64,000 bases of DNA, taken from the IMG/VR virus record IMGVR_UViG_3300025889_000087, positions 1 through 64,000 of that record; one strand, 5' to 3'. Shown here in pieces: positions 27,167 through 37,176 of this stretch (position 1 is its first letter; every line of letters starts with the position of its first letter). Source of the DNA: a virus. The position numbers were made by a program, and so were the translations under genes. The notes under the pieces were generated by a model. That model made no database searches, had not been told where the DNA came from, and saw only the letters and a program-made list of their open reading frames with translations.

Positions 27167-29316
27167 TGTCTTTCCCCCTCAAATTGTTGAAACACCCGAG
27201 CAATTTCAGCGGTCACGGGGTCCCACTCTTCTCGGGGCTTGGGGCTGAAAAACCTTCCACGGGATGTAATAGGCTTGCTTGTGACAACATAGACACTTCC
27301 AACTGGCTTTTCGGGATTTTCCGTCGTGCTATATCCAACCCTATGCACATTTTCTTTCAATTCGCCATGTCGGTCGTAAATATCCACGAAATCGTCGTCT
27401 GCGTAGTTTTGGTTCCTTCGGGCAACGTCCTTCACATTATTCGGACGAATCCATTCCCCCGTTTCGGTATTCAAAATAGGAGAGAGGATGGGATCTAAAT
27501 CATGGACTATCGGAAACCAACTATTCTGTAAGTCCGGTCTTTCGGCAATTTCTTCCTCGGTAGCGTCCCTGCTGAATGAAGGCTCATTGAGCAATTGGTT
27601 TTGCCGTCGGAAGTCTTCGGCCAACCGACGACGTAGCATAAGCCGCCCAAGTTCCATACGGAACTCTTCGGGCAAATCCATGAGCGTTTTCGGCAAACCT
27701 TCGCTCTCCCCCGTCGGAGACTCCAAATTAACGGGAATAGCGTCCAAATAATCGTTTAACGGTTTGAGCATTGGGCGAGCGACCCTCTCGACCGCCTTCA
27801 TGCGTTCGGAAATGCTCGCGTTTTCCAAGGTCCGATCTGTCACGAATTGCCCACTGTTCAGCATCCAATCGTAGACCTTTCCGAGAAATGCCTCGGTCAA
27901 ATTGTTCCGAATGCGTTCGCGTGCAGGAATCAAGAACTTCTCTCTATCCCATCTTTCGTAGCCCATAAGCGAGGATAAAGCGGGGTTGTCGGGGTCACGC
28001 CAGTCGATGGATGGGCGGTGAGCGGCTCGATTTGAAAGACGCGCACCGGGAATGCCCTTTGAGTCACTTCCGTCCTGCCACGTTCCCTTACGTTCCAATC
28101 CTTCAATGTCCATACCTGCACGCTTGCGTGCTTCGATGAGGCGGCGCATGGCGACCTTACGCTCATTTTTTCCGACGTTGTAGTGATGGAGCCAACGGGT
28201 AAGGGCATAACCGGGGTCGAACGGCTCTTGGGCAGTGAAAGCAGCACGTTCATGTGCCGCGGACTCTTGGGGGGATGACTGTTTTCTGCGATGCGTCATA
28301 ATTGGCAGGTCCGGATCAACTTCAGCGGGTTGCCTCCAAGCAAAGGCGAACTTTGGGTCATCGAGCAGCCGTCCGCGGAACTCATCCTGCTTTTTCTGCG
28401 GGCGCATTTGTATGGCTGACCTCCAACCGTTGTCGCTCACTTCGGTCACAATGCGCCCATCGTCCATGTTGATGCCTGCGGGGAAATCTTGTGCGGGTCC
28501 CCTCCAACTGTCAATTTCGCCCTGAGTCGCAATATGCCCCGATTCGTGGCGATCGGTAGAAAGAATACCGCGCAGGTCTCTTTCGGTTTCATCATCTAAC
28601 AGACTATTTCTCGCAATTCTGTAATCTCTATCGGTCCAACCGCGCGAAGCCGACGGAAGGTATGTGTAGGCAGGACCATTTCGTGTCGCGGTCCCAAGCG
28701 CGTCTATTTCTGCGAGCGACCAATCACTTCCCTTATCTTGCCATCCAAACGGTCGCCTGCGCCCATCCCGCGCGACACTGTGAACCCCCCTATGCTGACC
28801 CATTTTCTGCAATACGTTGGACCATGAAATGCCGTCAATGTCCGAAGCGGTGAACATGCCGTCGCCCATTTTGCCCTCGGCGCATTCATTCCACGCACGG
28901 TCGGCTACGACCGCCGCTTCATACCACTCCCGTGTATTTCTCAACATCTGCTGAAAACGGGCTTCATTGTTCCCCGCCATTAGCAGCATTTCAGCACGAA
29001 CCCTCGGGTCTTTGACTTCGGGGCCTTCTGCGAGTTCATGATCGAGATGATTCCGCCACATCTGACAGAAATTAGGCTGATGGATTCTCGACATGACTTC
29101 TGACCTGATGCCCAAACGATTCATCACTTCTTGCGCATAAACCTCGGCTGAGCGGAGGCAGCATTCGTCAATGCCTTCGTTGCCCATGACCTCGGGCGTT
29201 TCGTCGTCGCCCTCGACCTCAATTTCATTGTCAAGCAACGTCGGAATAGCCGCCGATGCAGGGTGGGTGAATACCCGCGGCCCGCCATTGGGTGAGCCGG
29301 GGCCGCGCATCACCAT
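27163..29316 (-). CDS. Multi-domain protein with zincin-like HExxH motif
   Basis: RHESGH...HERAAF. Start moved to MVMRG to avoid overlap with the chaperonin. Confidence 0.55.
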   Translation of the reverse strand: MVMRGPGSPNGGPRVFTHPASAAIPTLLDNEIEVEGDDETPEVMGNEGIDECCLRSAEVYAQEVMNRLGIRSEVMSRIHQPNFCQMWRNHLDHELAEGPEVKDPRVRAEMLLMAGNNEARFQQMLRNTREWYEAAVVADRAWNECAEGKMGDGMFTASDIDGISWSNVLQKMGQHRGVHSVARDGRRRPFGWQDKGSDWSLAEIDALGTATRNGPAYTYLPSASRGWTDRDYRIARNSLLDDETERDLRGILSTDRHESGHIATQGEIDSWRGPAQDFPAGINMDDGRIVTEVSDNGWRSAIQMRPQKKQDEFRGRLLDDPKFAFAWRQPAEVDPDLPIMTHRRKQSSPQESAAHERAAFTAQEPFDPGYALTRWLHHYNVGKNERKVAMRRLIEARKRAGMDIEGLERKGTWQDGSDSKGIPGARLSNRAAHRPSIDWRDPDNPALSSLMGYERWDREKFLIPARERIRNNLTEAFLGKVYDWMLNSGQFVTDRTLENASISERMKAVERVARPMLKPLNDYLDAIPVNLESPTGESEGLPKTLMDLPEEFRMELGRLMLRRRLAEDFRRQNQLLNEPSFSRDATEEEIAERPDLQNSWFPIVHDLDPILSPILNTETGEWIRPNNVKDVARRNQNYADDDFVDIYDRHGELKENVHRVGYSTTENPEKPVGSVYVVTSKPITSRGRFFSPKPREEWDPVTAEIARVFQQFEGERQ

Positions 29317-29403
29317 ATCCGGTCCACGGCTCCTGCAATTGAAAACCTTCCCCACTGTGAGGGGTGTGAAGGTTAATAGGGCTGATATGGCCCCCGACAA
29401 ACA

Positions 29404-30975
29404 ATGATGCCGAACGGTCAGCAGCCAATCTTCATTCTCCGCGAAGGAACCGACCGGAAGCACGGTCGTGTTGCACAGTCAAACAACATCGCCGCGGCCC
29501 GTGCCGTGGCTGACGCCGTGCGAACCACCCTTGGTCCCAAAGGCATGGACAAAATGTTGGTTGATGAGGGCGGCGATGTCATCATCACCAATGACGGCGC
29601 GACCATTCTCCGCGAAATGGACATCGACCACCCCGCGGCCAAGATGATCATTGAAGTCAGCAAAACGCAGGAGCAGGAATGTTTTGACGGGACAACCACC
29701 GCCGTCGTGCTTAGCGGTGAATTGCTGAAGCAGGCTGAGGAATTGCTCTCACAGGGCATTCACCCGACCACCATTTGCGACATTTTCCGCAAGGTCGGGA
29801 CCGAGGCCGTGAAGGCGTTATCCGGCTTCAGCAGCCATTCCGACGAAGCCATGTTGCTTAGCGTGGCTCGCACCGCCCTCACCGGAAAGTCGTCGGGCGA
29901 CCTGAAAGAGCACCTCGCCTCCATTTGCGTTGAAGCCGTTGAGCGACTCGACAAGCAGGACGGCTCAATCAACCTTGACGAAATTATGGTGGTGAAGGCC
30001 CTCGGTGGAGAAGCGACGGACTCATCCCTCATCCAATCCATCGTTCTCGACAAGGAACGCGCTCACCCGTCCATGCCGAAGACGCTGACGAACGCTCGTA
30101 GGGCCATCTGCGTCCTGTCCTGTCCGCTCACAGTGCAGACTACCACTATGGATGCAAACATTCAGATCACCGACCCGTCTCAAATTGCCGCGTTCTTGGA
30201 GCAGGAAGAGGCTTCTTTGCGCGAAATGGTGGATAAAATCGCCTCGTCAGGCGCGAAAGTCGTTGTGTGTCAGAAGGAAATTGACGACCTCGCCAAGCAC
30301 TACCTCGCCAAGCGACACATCATCGGCGTGGAGAAGGTCAAGAAGTCGGACATCGAAGCCCTGTCCCGCGCCACTGGCGCGGCCATTGTTGGCAACCTCG
30401 ATGACCTCGACACTGCCGCCCTCGGAACCTGCGACAACGTAATGGAGCAACGGGTGGGAGAATTGCCCATGATGTTCTTTGAGGGCTACGAAAAGAACCC
30501 ACCAGTCACACTCGTGCTTCGTGGCGGCACTGCGCCGTTCATTGAAGAAGTCGAGCGAGCCTTTGATGATGCCGTGGGCGTCGTCAAGGTGGCCCACGAA
30601 GACGAACAAGTCGTCCCCGGTGGTGGTTCCGTGTTCGCTGCCCTCGCTCAGTCCATCCTCACGAATGCAAACACCAAGGTGGGGCGCGAACGCATGGCTG
30701 CCGAGGCTTTCGCTGACGCGCTTCTCGTAATCCCACGCACTCTCGTGGAGAACGCGGGTCTTGATCCGGTGGACGAGATTATGACACTGCGTTCGGCCCA
30801 CGCTGAAGGGAAGGTGACGTGGGGTGTGGACGTGTTCGCGGGTGGCCTCATGGACATGGCCGAGAGCGACGTGTGGGAGCCACTGCGCGTTGTGTCGCAG
30901 GCCATCAAGTCAGCCGTCGAAACGTCAATCATGATTCTGCGCATTGACGACGTGATTTCGTCCAAGAAGGCGTGA
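29404..30975 (+). CDS. Group II chaperonin (thermosome subunit)
   Basis: [48 protein letters not shown] and ILRIDDVI. Confidence 0.97.
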   Translation: MMPNGQQPIFILREGTDRKHGRVAQSNNIAAARAVADAVRTTLGPKGMDKMLVDEGGDVIITNDGATILREMDIDHPAAKMIIEVSKTQEQECFDGTTTAVVLSGELLKQAEELLSQGIHPTTICDIFRKVGTEAVKALSGFSSHSDEAMLLSVARTALTGKSSGDLKEHLASICVEAVERLDKQDGSINLDEIMVVKALGGEATDSSLIQSIVLDKERAHPSMPKTLTNARRAICVLSCPLTVQTTTMDANIQITDPSQIAAFLEQEEASLREMVDKIASSGAKVVVCQKEIDDLAKHYLAKRHIIGVEKVKKSDIEALSRATGAAIVGNLDDLDTAALGTCDNVMEQRVGELPMMFFEGYEKNPPVTLVLRGGTAPFIEEVERAFDDAVGVVKVAHEDEQVVPGGGSVFAALAQSILTNANTKVGRERMAAEAFADALLVIPRTLVENAGLDPVDEIMTLRSAHAEGKVTWGVDVFAGGLMDMAESDVWEPLRVVSQAIKSAVETSIMILRIDDVISSKKA

Positions 30976-30979
30976 TGAA

Positions 30980-31597
30980 TCACACAGGCCAACCAAGCGA
31001 CTGAAGGATTTCCCTTCTTCGATTGATGGCTCGTTCACGCAGGTGCTCAGGCAACCGCTCAACACCACGGGTCATCCACCGCATCCAGTCAATCTGTTCG
31101 TCAGGTATGGGAACGAGGAACTCGGGCGGAATGGGCGGGTTCATGTGAAATGTTCCCCATCCTCCGAGTTCACGAATGCCCTGATAATTCGGGAACCATG
31201 GTGCTTCCTCACGAATACCGAGGATTGTTGGCTTCCCCCTTTCTCGCGCCCTTGGCGTTCGCCATTCAAGCGGTTCGGTGATAGCAAGAAGTGGTCTATC
31301 TCCACGATCCATTACGGACCGTATGGCGTAGTTCTCGGCTACGGATTGGTTAGGACTCGACCAAACAATGCGCGTGTTCCTTATCTCCGGATCTGTCACC
31401 ATGGGGTTGAAATTGCGCAAAACGTCGTATTCGGGGGTGTCGCCAAACTCACCCATGCTCACAATCTGCGGCTGAATCCCCTCTTCCATGATGCGCTCAA
31501 GGGCCCGCGTGTTGGTCCCATGAAAAGAACGAATGCCGGGAGGCAATTCGCGCTCAGCCTTCACAATGTCCCACGCGAGGGAGAAGGCGGTCCTCAC
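30980..31597 (-). CDS. Leader-tagged ADP-ribosyltransferase-like protein
   Basis: GTG start (GTGA overlap) MRTAFSLAWDIVKA; FHGT...IMEEGI, VWSS....AENYA and IPPEFL. Confidence 0.65.
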   Translation of the reverse strand: MRTAFSLAWDIVKAERELPPGIRSFHGTNTRALERIMEEGIQPQIVSMGEFGDTPEYDVLRNFNPMVTDPEIRNTRIVWSSPNQSVAENYAIRSVMDRGDRPLLAITEPLEWRTPRARERGKPTILGIREEAPWFPNYQGIRELGGWGTFHMNPPIPPEFLVPIPDEQIDWMRWMTRGVERLPEHLRERAINRRREILQSLGWPV

Positions 31598-32457
31598 TGC
31601 CAACCCTCCACTTCGTCTTCCATCCGTTCTCGTAGCCCGCGCCATTTAATTTCGTGCATCCGTTGGCGATAATACGGGTCCTCTTGGTTGTGTGACCACA
31701 ATTGCTTCGCTTCCCACGATTGAACCGGGTCAGGTCGGTTGTCGATTTCCATTCCGTAATTTTGCTCCAATTCACGGGCCAAGTCGCGCATAGCCTCGCC
31801 TATGCCTCTTCGTTGGTATTCATGTTGCACCGCAAGATCCGAACCACTGTGGGCATAATCAGACAAGAATGGACGTAAGAGTTCAAACATTTCCGGCTCC
31901 CACCAGTCCTCAACTGCCGCAATTGCTTCTTTGGTGTCTTCGGGGACATCATCTCGTTCCAATACAAAGTCCCGTATGTATCGTCCGCGATCTTCCATAT
32001 CGTCAAAAGGATCACTGTGCCTATAACCGTAAATCCTCAAATGCCCAATGGGGTTTTCAGTCGCTTGTGCAAATGGCGAAGGGGCGACACCCTGCGTTTC
32101 ACGGGAAGGGAAGACTTTGACGGCAATTCCGTCGTCGAAACCGCCGCCATACGCAACCATAGGCCATTCTATGCCGTCGCGATCAACGTGCGTTGCGTGA
32201 AATAGGCGATCTCGCAAGCCGGGGTTATCGAGGGTATAGCCCCAACCACCATATCCTTGTGTGCCGTCTTCGTTGATTCCATGCCGTTCCATCAACACGG
32301 CATTATCCCTGTCCGCTTCGTCGGTGAACGCGCTCAATTCATCCAAAAGAGCGCGGCGTTCAGCCAACGCCTGCGTGTATTCGGGTCCAATTTCACGAAT
32401 TGAATTGAGATCCAGTGGGGCTTTCACCACCAACCACGCGGTGTCGAAAGCGTTCAT
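31594..32457 (-). CDS. Leader-tagged GNAT acetyltransferase-like protein
   Basis: MNAFDTAWLVVKAP; acetyl-CoA motif LAVQHEYQRRGIGEAM. Confidence 0.7.
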   Translation of the reverse strand: MNAFDTAWLVVKAPLDLNSIREIGPEYTQALAERRALLDELSAFTDEADRDNAVLMERHGINEDGTQGYGGWGYTLDNPGLRDRLFHATHVDRDGIEWPMVAYGGGFDDGIAVKVFPSRETQGVAPSPFAQATENPIGHLRIYGYRHSDPFDDMEDRGRYIRDFVLERDDVPEDTKEAIAAVEDWWEPEMFELLRPFLSDYAHSGSDLAVQHEYQRRGIGEAMRDLARELEQNYGMEIDNRPDPVQSWEAKQLWSHNQEDPYYRQRMHEIKWRGLRERMEDEVEGWQ

Positions 32458-32921
32458 TCTTCCATCACCCCAATGTCCGAAGTGCCGTGCTTTTCACGCA
32501 TCCTTTGAGCAAATCCTTCACCAAGATCCGTTTTCATTGACCTGACCGGATCAAAAAAGGTCTTCCCTTGAGATTGAGCCAAACGCACGATGAGATGCAA
32601 AAGGGCTTCCTGATACCCTTTTCCTCTATACCCACTCTTTGTCGATATTGTATAGGGATAGATGCCGTGGTCGAAATATGGCGCAATAATGTGGTGAGCC
32701 CTCCAATCGTCGTCTTCATCCATGATGTAGGCCGAACCGACGCCCGCTCCATCCTCACTCAAGCGGGCAAAAGCAGGCAATCGTTCCTGTGTTTCAGGGT
32801 CGATGAAGTCCGCTTCCAAGCGTTGATAGGGGTAGCCCCCGATTTCCTCGGTTGTTTCACGGATTGAGTCAAAGTCAAGCGGGGCCTTCATCAAAGACCA
32901 AGCGCGGTCGAAGGCGGTCAT
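32454..32921 (-). CDS. Leader-tagged GNAT acetyltransferase-like protein
   Basis: MTAFDRAWSLMKAP; ISTKSGYRGKGYQEALL. Confidence 0.65.
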   Translation of the reverse strand: MTAFDRAWSLMKAPLDFDSIRETTEEIGGYPYQRLEADFIDPETQERLPAFARLSEDGAGVGSAYIMDEDDDWRAHHIIAPYFDHGIYPYTISTKSGYRGKGYQEALLHLIVRLAQSQGKTFFDPVRSMKTDLGEGFAQRMREKHGTSDIGVMEE

Positions 32922-33817
32922 TGTTGATCCCCCATCCGCTCACGAAGACCGCGCCACCAAATCTCATGCAATCGGTCGCGGTAGTTCGGGTCGTTTTGGT
33001 TCGCCGCCCACATGCGCTGCGCGTCAAAGGACTGGTTGGGGTCGGGCCTCAAATCCACCTCTAAATCGTCGGGAAGGTAATTGTCGTTGAGTTCGCTTAG
33101 GAAATCGCGCATGGCCGTGGCTATGCCTTTGCGTTGATAAGAAGGTTTAACGTCGAGCATTGAACCTTCCGAGTATTCATAGAGCATGTCGCTCGCCGTC
33201 TCGTAATTGGCTTCTATTTCATCCAATTCGTGGTCCGTGTATTCTTCCGGGTTGTGTTCTGCGCGAATCCGAGCATCGAATGGGTTTTCAGACAAGCCCA
33301 TTCTTTCGGTGATGATGCCTTCAAGGATTGAGCCTCGGTCTCCATGACCTGCGGCAGTGACAGAAAGCGAACCTACCCGATTTGGTAAGTAGTCACCATA
33401 AAACCACCTGTCGCCAATCTGCGCACCATGCCCCCTACCAATTTCCTTTATGGGGCCTTGTCCTCCGCCGACATATGCTGCCACTTCGGCACCTCCGCCC
33501 CCCAGTCCGTAGGTAATCATTGGAAACTTGTTGCCCTTTTTGTCGTAGTGGTTTGCACGGTAAATCGAGCCGTGGTGTCGGGCCATCCCGATGATGTGCT
33601 CCAACGAAGAAAGTTCTTCGATGAGTTTGACCCAATCTTGATAGGGGATGTCTCCCATGATGCCGTGAGTCGTCGTCTTATAATCTTCCTCAAGCAAACT
33701 CCGAAGCATGTTCGCTCTTTCCGTCATAGCCCAAAAGTAGTCATCGCCCAGTCTTTGCACTGAGTCAAGATCCAGTGGGGCTTTCACCACCAACCATGCA
33801 CAATCAAACGGGCTCAT
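32918..33817 (-). CDS. Leader-tagged GNAT acetyltransferase-like protein (paralog of 31594-32457)
   Basis: True start MSPFDCAWLVVKAP; LDVKPSYQRKGIATAM; shared tail RPDP.QS..A...W..NQ.DP.YR.R.HEI.WRGLRERM. Confidence 0.7.
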   Translation of the reverse strand: MSPFDCAWLVVKAPLDLDSVQRLGDDYFWAMTERANMLRSLLEEDYKTTTHGIMGDIPYQDWVKLIEELSSLEHIIGMARHHGSIYRANHYDKKGNKFPMITYGLGGGGAEVAAYVGGGQGPIKEIGRGHGAQIGDRWFYGDYLPNRVGSLSVTAAGHGDRGSILEGIITERMGLSENPFDARIRAEHNPEEYTDHELDEIEANYETASDMLYEYSEGSMLDVKPSYQRKGIATAMRDFLSELNDNYLPDDLEVDLRPDPNQSFDAQRMWAANQNDPNYRDRLHEIWWRGLRERMGDQQ

Positions 33818-34238
33818 CGTCGTCCCCCGTTTTTCGTCGCATTTGCTCCTGCAATTCCTCACTAAACCACGGGTTTTCGTATTGCATCGCGTTGGGCCAG
33901 TCGATGTCTTCGGGCGGAATTGGCTCGTTCGACACAAACGACGCCATCTCAGGGTCAATGCCGAGTATTCGTGCGAGAATGGGGGAATGGTCTATACCCG
34001 GCCTCATGCGGGGGTCGCCTTCATCACGCCAAAACGGGAGGGTGATGATTTGTCGGCTTTGTGGCCGCGTCATACCGATCCACTTCGCCGCCCCGTCTTC
34101 GTCACGAGAAGCGTAGACTTCACCAAAATTGGACTTGATTCCTTGGGCTGCAATAGGACCAAGGTTTTCCATAGGCGTGGCGTGGTAATACCACGGTGCC
34201 TTGACGAGCGACCACGCTCGGTCGAAGGCATCCGCCAT
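33804..34238 (-). CDS. Leader-tagged ADP-ribosyltransferase-like protein
   Basis: MADAFDRAWSLVKAP; YYHAT..ENL..I...GI, VYAS and IPPEDI. Confidence 0.65.
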   Translation of the reverse strand: MADAFDRAWSLVKAPWYYHATPMENLGPIAAQGIKSNFGEVYASRDEDGAAKWIGMTRPQSRQIITLPFWRDEGDPRMRPGIDHSPILARILGIDPEMASFVSNEPIPPEDIDWPNAMQYENPWFSEELQEQMRRKTGDDDEPV

Positions 34239-34256
34239 GGTTCATGCACCCCTCGC

Positions 34257-35060
34257 TCATCGTTTGAACATTCCGCGACCAAACATGAAGTCCCATATTT
34301 CAGGGTCAATGTTGTGTTGCTGACCTGTGGGTATGGGCCTTCCTTCTTCGCCGCCTGCATAAAACAGGCCCCATTGTTGAGGTGGACCAGTATAGCCGTC
34401 AATGTTGGTTGCCCCTAAATCGGAAAGCACACGTCTCCGCAATTCGGGGTCACGCAATATCGTTCGCTGCATCATCATGGCCGCGCTTGGTGGTTTGAAC
34501 ACCTGAGAAGCGTATTCAGGTATAATCACCCAATCTTTGCCATGTTCTTGAAGACGCTGACCCCATTTTTCAACATCTCCTTCGCCAAAAAGGCCACGAT
34601 AGAGAGAAAAGGCCAAATTGTTCAATTCATCTTTCTCGCTCCCATCCCAATTTATGTGGCTCGTTCCGTCATTTCCCATTTGCATAGGAGGGACATAGAC
34701 CCGCTCGGGGTTCACTTCAGGCAACGTGAACGAATGGACATCACGGGTATTCCCTCCATGCTGTTCTTTGTCCCATCCCGCGTATTGCTGCGCCGTCAGC
34801 AATTGCGGCGAAAAGAAGCGACCGCTTGGATCGCCCGCACGGTATAGGGTCTGCCCAGTGAACGGGAAAAATGGTGCTAAATTGCTCGGCTCATTGACTT
34901 GAGCCATGATGAGTTCGGGCATGATGTCTTCCAAAAAATCATGGTCTTCGCCCGCCCAATCCCACGGCTGCCTGCGTCGGTGTGCGTCAAAAATCCTGAA
35001 GGCCTCGTCCTCGGTGATGGGGGCTTTGATGATCGCCCATGCGGCGTCGAAGGGCGTCAC
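34257..35060 (-). CDS. Leader-tagged protein, possible ART-like fold
   Basis: GTG start MTPFDAAWAIIKAP; TLYRAG...FFSP....AQQYA. Confidence 0.55.
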   Translation of the reverse strand: MTPFDAAWAIIKAPITEDEAFRIFDAHRRRQPWDWAGEDHDFLEDIMPELIMAQVNEPSNLAPFFPFTGQTLYRAGDPSGRFFSPQLLTAQQYAGWDKEQHGGNTRDVHSFTLPEVNPERVYVPPMQMGNDGTSHINWDGSEKDELNNLAFSLYRGLFGEGDVEKWGQRLQEHGKDWVIIPEYASQVFKPPSAAMMMQRTILRDPELRRRVLSDLGATNIDGYTGPPQQWGLFYAGGEEGRPIPTGQQHNIDPEIWDFMFGRGMFKR

Positions 35061-35815
35061 CACCAATCATCCTCCGTGATTCCCACATCGTTAGCGGCCT
35101 GTCGCTGCCATTCCTCCAAATTGTCCCATTCGCCGTGCATTTCAATGGGTGACGCATCTTCATGGGAAAAAGATTCCACGAAATCATCGTATTCGGACGT
35201 TCTATACACATCATCGGTTGCCTGATGTTGAGGCGGATTGCGGTTAAACCGCTCAAGCGATTCATTGTTCCGGTAGGCAATCAAACGCTGCAAAGCCTCC
35301 CGTGCGTGTTTTTCCCGTTGGTCGGGTGTGAAAGCGGCTCCCGAAGTCACTTCAGGGTCAAGCCGCGCCTTTCCTTCATTGATGAACTCCTGAAGCAATT
35401 CAATAACGCGGTCGTGCGGAAGCCTCACGCTCCCCACATCGTTCCAATCTTCCAACATAACACCAAAGCCGGGACTGAAAGGGTCTTCACGCAACATTCC
35501 CGGTTCGTCTTCTCCATATTCGCTTGGGTCAATGACGCTGATGCTCGGAATTGTCCTCCGCATTGGCGGTGCTTCAATACCGCGTGAGTCAATCAATTGT
35601 CTGTTGGCGGGGTTCATGTATCGCGCAGCCGAACCGAAGAGCGCGTATTGGAGGGCGGCGTCGAGATTGTTTGAAAAATACCGTGGGTCGTCCCTCGCGT
35701 CCCCGCCGCTGAACAACATTTCGTCGTCTTCAATTGTCCTAACGAGGCCCCTGTCGCCCGCATAAACGTCAATGGGGGCTTTGATGATCGCCCAAGCAGC
35801 GTCGAAGGCGGTCAT
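35057..35815 (-). CDS. Leader-tagged protein, possible ART-like fold (paralog trio)
   Basis: MTAFDAAWAIIKAP; LFSGG...DDPRYFS....ALQYALFGS. Confidence 0.55.
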   Translation of the reverse strand: MTAFDAAWAIIKAPIDVYAGDRGLVRTIEDDEMLFSGGDARDDPRYFSNNLDAALQYALFGSAARYMNPANRQLIDSRGIEAPPMRRTIPSISVIDPSEYGEDEPGMLREDPFSPGFGVMLEDWNDVGSVRLPHDRVIELLQEFINEGKARLDPEVTSGAAFTPDQREKHAREALQRLIAYRNNESLERFNRNPPQHQATDDVYRTSEYDDFVESFSHEDASPIEMHGEWDNLEEWQRQAANDVGITEDDWW

Positions 35816-36471
35816 CGCAATACCCCAAGCCGTTGGTGCCCTGCCCCCTGTTCAAGCATTTCAAGCAAAAGCCGGTAAAGGTGGGCCTGTTGGTCTATGA
35901 ACCCGCCGAAATCATATCCTCCCGTAGCATTCCGGTCAAACTGTTTTGCGCCCTCAACCAATTCCCCCGTATATGGATTTGAGAATGTAGGTTGCGTTCC
36001 CCACGCCAACCTCCCTTGCCCGTCCGCCAACTCGCGCAACAAGATTTGCAGCATTTCATTGTCGGGTAATGTGCGGTAGCGGACCCGTGGGGGTTGGCTC
36101 AATGATGGGGCATAAAAACCACTATTCCCCCTCCGAACGGTCTTGTCCGCATCAATACCAATCCAATTCATGTTCTCGGGTTCTCCCGTTAAAAACTCAG
36201 GATCGTGAATGAGGCGGACTGTTTCGTCCGTGGGGGTAGCAATCCGCAATTCAGGTATTCCTGTCCGGTATTTCCTCTCCCCTCCACTTCCTGAGCCAAA
36301 TACGGCGTAGGCAAGAGCCGTTGATTTGTCGGGTGTCCAATACCGCGTATCTTGTCCCCCGCGTTTATTGCCCTGATAAAGCGTGTCGCCTTCTTCGCCG
36401 GACAAAACACGAAAACCCGGCATGACGTAGGGCATTTTTACGATGTCCCAAGCGGCGTCGAAGGCGGTCAT
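35812..36471 (-). CDS. Leader-tagged protein, possible ART-like fold (paralog trio)
   Basis: MTAFDAAWDIVKMP; LYQG...DTRYWT....ALAYAVFGS. Confidence 0.55.
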   Translation of the reverse strand: MTAFDAAWDIVKMPYVMPGFRVLSGEEGDTLYQGNKRGGQDTRYWTPDKSTALAYAVFGSGSGGERKYRTGIPELRIATPTDETVRLIHDPEFLTGEPENMNWIGIDADKTVRRGNSGFYAPSLSQPPRVRYRTLPDNEMLQILLRELADGQGRLAWGTQPTFSNPYTGELVEGAKQFDRNATGGYDFGGFIDQQAHLYRLLLEMLEQGAGHQRLGVLR

Positions 36472-36472
36472 A

Positions 36473-36685
36473 TCATACCTCACCTACCCAATCCCAATTT
36501 GCATCAAGGAATCGCTGTTCTATTCTATCCTTTGCCCCATTCTCTCGTTGAACAATAGCCACTTGATGTGTTCCCACCCCATCGGGTATCATATCATACC
36601 CCACCAATTGAACCTGTTCGCCTGTGTGTTTGTTCCTCAGAACTCCCTGCTTGAGCAAAGCCCAAGCGGTGTCGAAGGCGGTCAT
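36473..36685 (-). CDS. Leader-tagged small beta-rich protein
   Basis: MTAFDTAWALLKQG; 70 aa. Confidence 0.6.
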   Translation of the reverse strand: MTAFDTAWALLKQGVLRNKHTGEQVQLVGYDMIPDGVGTHQVAIVQRENGAKDRIEQRFLDANWDWVGEV

Positions 36686-37176
36686 AGAAGCCCCCTCCTT
36701 CGCAGTTCCTCCATAATCGCAGGGTGTTCCATGCCCTCAACGAGCATGGCTCCGTATTCGTTTTCCGGTCCCCCCAAGTGAACAAACTCGTCCTGTATTG
36801 CTTCGTGGCCTTCTTCGTGCATGATTGACTCGATGATGCGCCGAATCATTTCATCTTCAGAAAGTCTTCGCCCTCCGAGTTCTTCGTTTCTGTTGCCCGG
36901 ATCGTCCCAAGAATGGATAGGATGTGCGAGATTTACGGCTGCGACGTATTTATCGTCCGTGGCGTAAAGATTAGAAAAAGGCCCACGTTCACGTTCTTCC
37001 GGCTTTCTGCTCCGTTCTCTCCATCGAATGTTTGTCTTAGGCCATTTCATCGGAACCCAATTTTGCATCCTGCTATGAAAAGCGGCTTCTCGACTTCTCT
37101 CGTTCCCGTTTTCCAAATCCGCTCCAAAATAGAAGTCGGCCTTCAAAATCGCCCAAGCGGCGTCGAAGGCGGTCAC
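36682..37176 (-). CDS. Leader-tagged zincin metallopeptidase-like protein
   Basis: GTG start MTAFDAAWAILKAD; IMHEEGHEA...NEYGA. Confidence 0.6.
   Translation of the reverse strand: MTAFDAAWAILKADFYFGADLENGNERSREAAFHSRMQNWVPMKWPKTNIRWRERSRKPEERERGPFSNLYATDDKYVAAVNLAHPIHSWDDPGNRNEELGGRRLSEDEMIRRIIESIMHEEGHEAIQDEFVHLGGPENEYGAMLVEGMEHPAIMEELRRRGLL

Noticed and set aside
29317-29463. N-terminal extension of the 766-aa ORF
   Set aside because: It overlaps the chaperonin start and the divergent promoter region; start moved to 29316.
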